A stretch of 64,000 nucleotides of DNA from assembly GCF_006345805.1 (NCBI RefSeq), contig NC_042999.1:143902001-143966000 (forward strand). Direction: 5' to 3'. The notes below the pieces were generated by a model, which was not told where the DNA came from, ran no database searches, and saw only the letters and a program-made list of their open reading frames with translations. Both the position numbers and the translations under genes were made by a program. Positions 53,241 to 64,000 of the stretch are shown here, piece by piece (the first letter of the stretch is position 1; each line of letters opens with the position of its first letter). The DNA comes from Octopus sinensis (lineage: Eukaryota).

Positions 53241-53525
53241 AGTGGTTAGAGTATTCGGCTCACGATCATAAGGTCATGAGTTCGATTCCCGGCGACACGT
53301 TGTGTTCCTGAGCAAAACACTTTATTTCAAGTTGCTCCAGTTCACTCAACTGGCAAAAATGAGTAGTACCTGTTTTTCAAAGGGCCAGCTTTGTCACATT
53401 GTGTCACGCCGAATCTCAATGAGAACTACGTTAAGGGTACTTATGACTGTGGAGTGCCCAGCCACTTCCACGTTAATTTCACGAGCAAGCTGTTCTGTTG
53501 ATTGGATCAACTGGAATCCTTGTAA
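53241..53525 (+). mobile_element. tRNA-derived SINE
   Basis: AGTGGTTAGAG...GAGTTCGATTCCC (B box), then GTGTTCCTGAGCAAAACACTTTATTTC, as in the 21303 copy. Confidence 0.8.
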
Positions 53526-55877
53526 TACATATGCGTGTATGGGTCTATGCACTCTTTTCCCACTTCTCACGATATGGATCGTATTAGACATTATTGTATG
53601 GATCGTATTAGACATTAATACAATTTTCAGTTAGCTAAATTGGGTAATTAGTAAAAGGATGCTCAATAAGTATAACATCATAATATAATAATAAAGCAAC
53701 TACACAGGCCAATATAAACAACTAACATATGAACCAGTGTGAGAGCCTCTATGGGTTGCTCGACCTTGAAATACCGGCAAAATATTCTTTAAACATATGA
53801 AACGTACAACACATTATCTTTGAAAATGAAGAGCGCACTGAATATAACCATAGATATATGTGATTGAAAAAATTGAATGGATGACTTTAAATGGAATACT
53901 ATGGTCACAGATCTTTACGATCAGAGCAACTAGGAAGGCAACTAAAATAACTAGAGCAGGCAGCTGATAAAGTTGTATATAAACCGTATTTGAAATAGCC
54001 TGTTACAAGCCTTCTTGACCGAAATAAAATGCTAATTGTATCATAATATTTATTTTAAACTAAGACAAGAAAAGTATACTGACCAATTGGTAGTTATATT
54101 TAGAATCAGTTCTGGAGATAAACAGGAAGAACTACTTAACGGTAAGTGATAAAGAGCTTAGTTCACATGTAATTTCACACAGCAAGAACATTTATGTGGT
54201 CAATGTAATTATTTAGTAGTTCTGGGGTGAGACATCTGATATTTAGGTTTTCAATGCGGAAGGACAAACGCTTTATATAGAATTTTACAGTCACATGCTG
54301 ACCCGGTAAAGATTCTGAATTCTCGGTGAGCTACTCAACCAAGTGGATGATAAGGGGTATATAGTTCAGTACTACATGGGTTACCGCGAGGGTGTATGGC
54401 CTAATGGTTAGGGTGTCGCACTCACGATCGCGAGATCTTTGTTCCAATTCCTGGAGCGGGTTGGTGCGTTCTAATCTTCCTCCCACGTTACTCTACGATC
54501 ACTTCGACAACTCGTAACCATCATTCTTTGGCCACAAGAGACTACCCTCCCTCTACGGGTAAAACAGATGCAGTTTATGTTAATGTGCTACCTTGTCTTG
54601 TTTTCTATAACATTTCTATTCATATCAAAAATGCACTCCAGGAATAGAAATTCACCCGAGTATTTCACTTTTAATTAATTATATCGAAGCAGGAAGAATG
54701 AAAGGCAAAGCTGTTCTTGGCTAGATTTGAATTCGGAATCTAAAGACACGGAACTAAATATTAGAAGGTAGTTCATCCAGTGATCTACCAATTCTGCCAA
54801 TCGAAATACTTAATCACGTCTCATTACTGTTTGAGTTCAAATCTTGCCAGTGTTAAGTCTGCTTTTATCTTTTCAGAGCCAAATGATTAAGAACCAGTTA
54901 AGTTCTTGGAACTGATACAATCGACTCTTAAACGCAAAGAAAGCTACCCGAATAGGTTTTAACTTCATGCCTGTATAAGAATTCACTAAATTTATTTAAT
55001 GTATTTTTATATGTATATTTTCTAAACATCCAGTGATTCACAGAAATTGGTATTTAGGTACGGTTTTATTGGAAGATTACTTCTTGCATAGACACACAAC
55101 TACAGTATTTCTAACCATATTATCAAATTTTCATGACATTGATATCTTTCACCATAAACATTATCAGTAGAAGTTAAGTGAAAATTATTCAGCCGGAGAT
55201 GCGAATAAAATTGTGGATTCTGATCTCCAGCACAATTTATCTCTGACGTACCACTTTCTGTTGCGAAATATTGATTATATTGATGTATAAGTACAGATAT
55301 CTGTAAGAGCTGCATGAAAGCTCATAGACGCCAAGGCCTGAAATTTAAAATCAGTAGAAAGGAAGACCCTAGGAAATCAGTTAGAAATCTTAGACAATTT
55401 ACTCCTATTATTCTATGTTGGGAGTTCAAATTCTGGCTTCGAAAGGAAATGATTTTCTATTTTATTCCTGTGCGTCAATGTAATATACTATAATTTGATT
55501 CGATCTATTTTAACCACCCGCTATTGTTACATGTCGAAAGTCTTGGGTAAATGTAAGAAATCAAATGGACGCAGCCGAGTGGATAAGAATTTCACTCATG
55601 GATCTATTTTCGATCCCCCAGCAGGGCAACTTGTCGAAATAACAGTCTAAAAGGTCATCAATTCGCGTCATGCCGCCATCATTCTCTTGAGTATCTGAAG
55701 TGAACAGATGTAATGGATTAAATCGATAACATATCTAAAATATCACCAAAGTTACAATGCTGAATTTTCAACTGGAAACGTTTAAATATTGATCCCCTTG
55801 ATACAATAACATGACTATTAACAGAAGTAACAATTAAAATGAACGTGAATTTTCTTCGATGTGAACTTTAATTCTGA

Positions 55878-55902
55878 TGTGGTGGTGGTGGTGGGGGCGG
55901 TT

Positions 55903-55961
<59 letters not shown>

Positions 55962-55974
55962 GGTGGTGGTGGTG

Positions 55975-56035
<61 letters not shown>
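55878..56035. repeat. (GTG)/(GTA)n microsatellite
   Basis: Direct reading. Confidence 0.95.
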
Positions 56036-56254
56036 ATGCTGATAGTTTTGTCCCTTCAGCAAAATAAGCTAATTGTTTTAATCTTCTACAGCTCAGCCAT
56101 TCAGTGTTTGCTGTGAATACACATTCATTGAAAATTGAAGATAGTGAAAACAAAGCCCTGAGACATGGTAATGCATTTCATGTTTCATATTAAGGTTAGT
56201 TAGGAAAGAAAATAAATGGAAGTCGCAGGCCATGTGTGTATGTATGTATGTATG

Positions 56255-56305
<51 letters not shown>

Positions 56306-56385
56306 TATATGATGTATATATGTATGTATATGCATACATACACGAACACAGAGACAAAAACTCACATGTGTGTACATATATATTA

Positions 56386-56455
<70 letters not shown>

Positions 56456-56859
56456 TGTTTATATACATACGTATATATTCAGGAATAATTACGGGGACTA
56501 CAGAATTCATTAATAAAATCATTTTCTCTATTTTCACTTGTTAAAATTAAGCGATAAAAATACACAACAGGCACTCACACGCACACACTCACACAAGCAT
56601 ACACACATATCACAACGCAACTGAATATGAATAGTTCATTGCGTTGTATGTATCTTTTCTCTTTGTGTTCCACTAAAGAATTGGGAAAATGATTGAACCA
56701 TACAAACCTTTGTATATGAGAGACTCTATGTATACGTGTGAGTGCGGTTGTGTATGTGAGTCGGCGTCTATGAGTAAGAGAGAGAGGGGGGAGAAAGAGA
56801 AAAAGGGGGTGAGAAAACAGAGAAAGTGACAGACACAAAAGTGGGTCTAGATAGCACAA

Positions 56860-57032
<173 letters not shown>

Positions 57033-58103
57033 GGAAGACGACATATTCAAACTAGTCTTTCAATCTCTTGAATAATTATTTATCAAAGAAACAATGAGGG
57101 TGGGAATTATTTGCTTAGAGCAATCTTTTGACACAAAGGGAATGAAGTTTGGATAGCTTTATAGCTTTTAACAAATTTATTTGTATTGCATATCTAATTA
57201 TTTATTTTCATATTCGTTATTTTCTGCCATTTTTGTCGTTCACCCTCTTCGTATGAAATCATAAATTTATAATTAGGTGGTGTTTGTATATTTTAATATT
57301 AGTTTTCTTCATGAAAACAAAGAAACAATTTTTATTTTGTTTAACAAGATTAGCTATTTTCGTGTATTGTTTTCATTGTCAATGGTTATTGTTGTACTAT
57401 AATTTTTAGTTTTGTTCATACATATTTATAACATGCACGATGGAATTTACATCAAGCAGTTGTGAATATATTAATATTTGTTAAAAATTTAACCCTTATA
57501 AAACATTGCCATGCACTTAAATACATGGCACAAACATACACTTAAATACATGGGCACAAACACTCACACATGCCATATACAAGTGCGTGCGTGTGTGTGT
57601 GTGTGTGTGTACATTACAACAGATAATGAACAAACAAAACACTTGGTGTCAATCTTGAACATTTAATTTATAATATAAACATAGTGCAGAATAGTTTTTA
57701 AAAACACGTAAAGTCTCCTACAGCTATTTCTAGAATAGTGCAGCATGTGGATCATATGATTTTGAGCAAAGAATTCCACGCTAGCTAAGTATCCTGTCAT
57801 CAGAGAGAGAGAGAGAAAGAGAGAGAAATAAGAAAGTATAGAAATGTAGACTATCCTCAATCGACGATATTCTATAGAAATGTAGAATACCTATTTCTTT
57901 ATTACCCAGAAGGGGCTAAACATAGAGAGGACAAACAAGGACAGACATAGGTATTAAGTCGATTCCATCGACCCCAGTGCGTAACTGGTACTTAATTTAT
58001 CCAATCGAGAGACCAAGGAATGTCGAGGGTAAAAGATAGATGTGTTTGTATTTCCATGATCGAAGAGTTAATAAAATCCTAGGTAAAAGATAATGTCAGT
58101 TAC

Positions 58104-58594
58104 CTGTTCCATAGGTGAGGTTTCGAGGAGACTTCCGAGCAAAAGATGAAGTAAGGTACTAGTTCCATCTTTGAATAGGGCGGAATCACCTGAATTGAAT
58201 AGATTCACTTGCAGATTCTTATAGTCTCAGATATCATGTTCATTTGTAATGTATGAATTAAGCATTTCCATGCCCCACCCCCGAACTTTGCTTCAGATGG
58301 GTTGGTACGAATGTTGTTGCTCCAATAATAATAATATGTATGAAGCTGAAAGTGTATCTTGGGTACTGGATTTGCAAACTCGTCATCACAAATGTCTCCT
58401 TTCTCTTGAATTTTTCTAAACACATCGATCTTCATAGGGCAGATGATTTCCACTTCGGCTTTAAATATGCCAGAGTTATCTCGCGTCGGTATTTCCCATT
58501 GAGGAAGACAAATATCCAGGAACACAGTGTTTGGGAATCTGACAGAGAGCAACATTTGGCAGATATGGTGTTTTTGCAAATTTACCTTTAGAAG
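58104..58594 (-). other. Candidate host exon or pseudo-exon, product unknown
   Basis: Non-repetitive sequence bounded by TTCAG| and AG|GTAACT; one frame is open for about 163 codons except a single TGA. Confidence 0.25.
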
Positions 58595-58638
58595 CTGAAT
58601 ATGTCACACGCTTATTTTAATTAACCTAAAGTTCGCAT

Positions 58639-58694
<56 letters not shown>

Positions 58695-59349
58695 TATAAC
58701 ACACGCACACGCACACACACACGCACATACACGCTCACTCACGCACACAAACAGACGCATGCACATACACCACACACAAAACAAACGCACACAACATATA
58801 GATACACGCACACATGCATAACACACACATACTTCAAACTGCCAGTCAAACACCTTTTTACTGACCATTCCTCTAATCACATGCGAAGAAACACACAATT
58901 GCACAAAGGACCACCACTCCTATTACCATGCTGCTGAATTCTTCCTACAACATTAAAAGACACGAAGTTCTCTCACACATACACAGAAACAACGAACACC
59001 ACACAAACACCACACACCCATACCCACACATGCTATAACACACATACACGCAGACTTGCGCGTATGCACATACCCACACTTTCACACAGATACCTCCTTC
59101 TCGAATATTCTCCTGTCTTTATCTTCATCCATTCCCTTCCGGTCATTTCAAAATGTAACCACATGTGGATCGTTGGCGATTTTTTCCTCCGTCTTCCTTT
59201 TCTCTTGGACTTTCCCTCGTCTTCCACACGAAAGCACGTAATCTATGCCCTAGGCACGTAACTTCAACCGTGTTTTTTCTGATGTGAATTTGCTACCCAG
59301 GTATCGGTTAATTCGAATTATCCTTAATAAGATAATTCATTCAACTACT

Positions 59350-59392
<43 letters not shown>

Positions 59393-59608
59393 GCATAGTA
59401 TCGATATTTAAATATCGATATTATCAAGTGGCCAGCATGGGAATAAATACCATACATAGGTAATAATTTTTCACAACTATAAATAAGGGTATCTGAGAGA
59501 CACCACCATGCGGAAATAGCAGTCAAACCCTGACTCTGAAAAACCACCTAAAATGTTCATATCACACCATGATATAAGACATAGAGACAAAATAAACTAG
59601 CAAAAAGA

Positions 59609-59990
59609 GTTAGTATTTTCTTCTGGTCGAGTAACCCATCCCGCTCAAAAGATCCCTGAATAAGGGTTGTTTAAGGGTGTTGAACGAAACACCCATGTTT
59701 CCAGAGGTGAATTATTCAAACCCCAAAGAATCCCTCTCAACACATGGCTATGATGCTCCCCCACTACTTCTGCTCGTGGTCAGAGATGCACATATCGTCA
59801 GCCACTAAGGGACACGCTCAACCGGTTATGGTCAAACAACTGACATGCAAATCTGTGGTATTGAGCAGAATATTTGCTGTAGCCCATCTTTTATACCAAG
59901 ACAAAACAATGTACATGATAACACTTCCAATCAGTTAAGATCAGAAGCCACGAGATCTTAACTGATTGGAACTGTTATCATGTACATTGT

Positions 59991-59994
<4 letters not shown>
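59609..59994 (-). mobile_element. Unassigned ~570-bp repeat, copy 5 (partial, ends in a fold-back)
   Basis: Colinear with the other copies; 41-bp inverted repeat at 59902-59994. Confidence 0.85.
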
Positions 59995-60041
<47 letters not shown>

Positions 60042-60584
60042 GAGTGAGAGAGCAGTTCATGCCATCAAAGTGACACTGGGGTAAAATATACGAAGCCCAA
60101 TATACCCATCATGACTACCTGTCTGATAAGGGTACACCAGGCACATGCATCACAACCATATGTGCGCGACATGGTGATCTCATATCAAGATAAACAGCAC
60201 ATGACCTTGCAGGTGGGGCCCAGTTAGAATTTTCTTCAGGTTGAGTAGCCCATCCCGCTCAAAAGGTCCCTCAATTAGGGTTGTTTAAGGATGTTGAAAG
60301 AACCACCCATGTTTCCAGAGGTGAATTAATCAAACCCCAAAGAATCCCTCTCAACACATGGCTATGATGCTCCCCCACTACTTCTGCTCGTGAACAGAGA
60401 TGCACATATCATCAGCCACTAAGGGACATGCTCAACTGGTTAAGGTCAAACAACTGACAAGCAAGTCTGTGGTATTGAGCAGAATATTTGCTGTAGCCCA
60501 TCTTTTATACCAAGACAAAACAATGTACATGATAACACTTCCAATCAGTTAAGATCAGAAGCTTCCAATCAGTTAAGATCAGAA

Positions 60585-60585
<1 letters not shown>
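60042..60585 (-). mobile_element. Unassigned ~570-bp repeat, copy 6
   Basis: (TAT)n on both sides; terminal 24-bp tandem duplication at 60538-60585. Confidence 0.9.
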
Positions 60586-60622
<37 letters not shown>

Positions 60623-60636
60623 CATCATTATTATTA

Positions 60637-60685
<49 letters not shown>

Positions 60686-60696
60686 CATTATTTATT

Positions 60697-61682
60697 GTCT
60701 TTGCACAGCTTCTATTGCTGGAGATGTATTACAGTGCCAGTTGTTCACTACCAGTGAACTAAGGTAACACCCCTTATTTTTCGAGCACCATCCGTACTAT
60801 TCGAACGGTTTCAAGCAGTGCTGCTTTTTGCAAGTGCTCCACCCTTATTGCACTCCTATTTGTTCGACATACTTCTCAAGATTTTTACTCATCGTTCCCA
60901 GGGCTCCGACAATTATTGGTACTACTACCACCATTTTCAGCGACCATAACTTCTTAACTTCCCACGCTAACCTGGCATATCTATCGACTTTTCTTTCTTC
61001 CTTATCGTATACCTTGTTGTCAGTTGGACATGCTATATCTATGATCCAGCATCGTCTGCTTTCTTTCTCAATTAAAACTATATCTAGTTTCCTATTCTCT
61101 ATCTCATGGTCGCACTGAATCATAAAATCCCATAGGATCTTTGCATTATCGTTTTCTATGATGCCTTTGGGCCTATGTTCTTACCACCTTTTGCGCTCTC
61201 AAGTTCGTACTTGTTTCAAAGTGTTCAAGGGGAAATCTTTGCTATACTGTCATGACGTCTCTTATATTCTTTCTGTGCTAGTGGCCTATATTTACTGGTA
61301 ATGTCATATGGTTTCACCATTTTGTTAACACATTCTGCACTTATCACTTTCTTATGTGTTGTCTATTTTGTATTTGATGTGGTTGGTTCTTAATGCTTGC
61401 TCTTGGGCAGCACACATTAGAGCCTTTGTTTTCGGTTTTAATTCACTTTTAGTCATCCATAGCCATCTATTTTCTCTGCCTGTCTTATCTTTAACATCAC
61501 TATGAAATTTCCATGCATTCTTTTCTTTATCCACCTATTTTCAGTTTCATTCTTTCTCAAGTCCTTGTACAATGCTTTATCTTACATCCTATACAAGCTT
61601 AACCTTCTTACTTCCAATAATAGTGGTTCTATGACATTTTTCACATACCATGCTATGTTGTTTTCTTCCGCTCTAATGCTAT
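60697..61682 (-). mobile_element. R4/Dong LINE 3' portion (family D)
   Basis: CAAQEQALRTN, RKLDIVLIEK...IIDIACP...VVPIIVGALGT; triplet arrays on both ends. Confidence 0.9.
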
Positions 61683-61714
61683 GTATTATTATCATCATCA
61701 TCATCATCATTATT

Positions 61715-64000
61715 CAGTAGTTTTATTTTTATAAAACTTCGTTACCAAGCGCAGCTCTGTGTGCTTTGGGAATGTGCTGTGGTTTGCTGTTTTGCTCTTA
61801 TGGTTACTGTATTGAAAGTGTTTTGCGTAGGATGTGTGCAGTTCCTAGTAGTACAATTTTCTGTATGTTATATATATTTGTAAGTCCTGGTGATTTTGTT
61901 ATGTATTTGTCTGAACATTTTTTATCATACCTAATGATAGGAATTGTTTCTGCTTTTAGACTCTACATTCGAATTCCCTGTATTTCCAGGTTTTTGTATT
62001 TTGAAAGTTGATACATCAGTAGGTATTGATACATCAGTTAGAAGGCACTTTTCCTGATGATCTCTGACAACTATATCTGGCCTCTTGTCCTTAATTTCTC
62101 TACTTGTGTGTATTGGCATAACCCATGTTATTGTTGCTTTCTCATTTTCTGTAACCCTTTCTGGCGTGTGCCTATACCATCATATTTCTCTTGTTATTCC
62201 GTAGAGTTGGCATAGGTTCTAGTACATGTAGGTCCCAACTCTGTCATGTCTGTAAATATATTCCTTCTTAGCCAGGACTGGGCAGCTAGAGACAATATGA
62301 TTTATTGTTTCTTGTCCATCTTCACATATTCTTCAGTTACTTGTTATGTTACTTTTCATGATATGTTTTTAGTAATTTCTGGTGGGGAAGCTTTGGTCTT
62401 GCGCTGCTGTTAAAAACCCTTCAGTACCTGCTTTGACATCTGAGCTTCTCAGCCATTGTTGAGATTTTGCTTTGTCTATTTCTTTCGCGTTTAGTATAAC
62501 AGTATTTGCCATGAAGGGGCTTTTCTTGCCATCGTTTTATCATGGCTCGTTGCTGTTCCAGTTTTATTTTAGATTTCAGTTGTTTTATAGCTTTTGTTGT
62601 TTCTTTTTTTCTTCATATTTGTTAGGTACTATGGCTTCTTATTTTGAATTTGTCAGCTTCCTTAAAGACTGAAAACAGTTTTTTGTTCGTGTTTTGTGGC
62701 TATTTGTATTAGTATTCCTTGCTTTTCAACTAGGTATTTTTGTAGTCCTATGGTGATTATTTTGTAATAGCTTTAATAGTTTTCTAGCTGTATAAGTCCT
62801 CTACCACGTTCTATGTCAGATTTCGGGTGATGCATCCTAAATCCTGTCATTATTTTTCTTGTTTTCCTGTCTATTTTGATGAGTTCATTTAGTGTCCAGT
62901 TAAGAATATTATAGCTGTAACTTATAACTGGGACGGCTAGAGTGTTGATACCTATTATTTTGTTTTTCGCATTGAGCTCAATTTGCTGTGTTAATCTAAC
63001 TCGTCTATGGTATCTTTTTATTTTCGCTTATGTTTGTGTGTGTTGTATCGTATCTAGTTCATTAATTCTTAGTATCTGTATGTCTGACTTTGGTCTAATT
63101 CTTTTATTTCTTTTGCTTTATCTATTTTGATGCTGCTACTCAACTAGTTTTGCTCTTTTCAAAGATGCTTTGGGACATTTTTCTAAGCCAAATTTCATGT
63201 TTATTTCTTTGGTAAATCTATGTAGTGTCTGTAGTAATGATTCCAGCTGTTTATCATTTGTAGCATTTTAGATCATCATTATATAAGAAGTGGCTGATTG
63301 TTTTGCCGTAACAGTGTATCCGCATCCAGTTTTGTTTAGCATGTCAGATAGATTTGTCACTGTCAAATAGAAAAGGAGTGGAGAGAGCGTGTCTCCCTGG
63401 AATATACCTCTTCTAATGGGGGTCGGCTTTGGTGTTTTAAGTCCCTCTTTTGGCTGGAGCTGTAGCACTGTCTGCAATTTATTCATGAAATGTGTTATAT
63501 ATTTTATGATTATTGGTGCTACCTTGCTCATAGCAAGTGTTTCTAGAATCTATGTGTGGGGAATACTATCAAAAGCTTTTCGGTAATCGATCCCGGCCCT
63601 ACTTAGACCTTTCTTCTTTCTGCGGCTGTCTTCAGTTATGACTTTATTGATCATTAGTTGATCTTTACAGTGGTATGAGCTCTTGCAGCAGCCCTTCTGC
63701 TCTTCTAGAAACAGGTTGTTTTCTTCTAGATGCTTGATCATTCTCTGCGATAGTATTGCAGTAAAGGCTTTGTAAATTGTAGGGAGAGAAGTGATTGGTC
63801 TGTAATTTTGTGGATTTGCCGTTTCAGTGGATTTGGGAATTAGGATAGTTTTCCCTTCCGTGAGCCATTCAGGCATTGTCTCTGATTCTGCCAGTATTTC
63901 ATCAAATTTCTCAGCCAGCTTTTATGCGTTTCTGTCAGATTTTTTAACCAGAAGTTGGGGATCATATCGTGCCCGGCTGCCTTCCAGTTGCTTAGTTTTT
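61715..64000 (-). mobile_element. R4/Dong LINE (family A), second copy, runs off the window end
   Basis: Colinear with 34911-37300; NYRPITSLPT, GIDYRKAFDSIPH, GIFQGDTLSP, RPDIVV. Confidence 0.95.

Noticed and set aside
59760-59820. SECIS or hammerhead within the 570-bp repeat stem (about 59745-59805)
   Set aside because: No GAAA after the CTGA(T/C)GA-like motif, and the spacing does not fit a SECIS.

Overview
AT-rich eukaryotic genomic DNA with no recognisable intact host gene, saturated with microsatellites and transposon relics. The SINE families and repeat style resemble Octopus (cephalopod) genomes; this is my recollection, not a database result. Most short ORFs in the track are microsatellite or antisense artefacts. 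Main contents: (1) about 19 fragments of R4/Dong-clade (RT plus restriction-like endonuclease) LINEs from several families, nearly all on the minus strand and bounded by (TAA)n-type arrays; (2) six copies of an unassigned ~570-bp non-coding retroposon-like repeat with the same polarity; (3) one mariner with an open DD34D transposase ORF and 37-bp TIRs, plus two decayed mariners; (4) Tx1/L1-clade and RTE LINE fragments, a Helitron relic, a probable decayed hAT, and many SINEs. Best hunt results: a minimal type I hammerhead ribozyme motif with a compensatory U3-A8 core inside an inverted-repeat Penelope-like relic (13926-13971, minus), a twin-priming-type 5' inversion in an RLE LINE, several fold-back (snap-back) insertions, and one possible host exon near 58.1-58.6 kb. 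Boundaries of decayed elements are approximate, and family letters are informal labels from my manual comparison.
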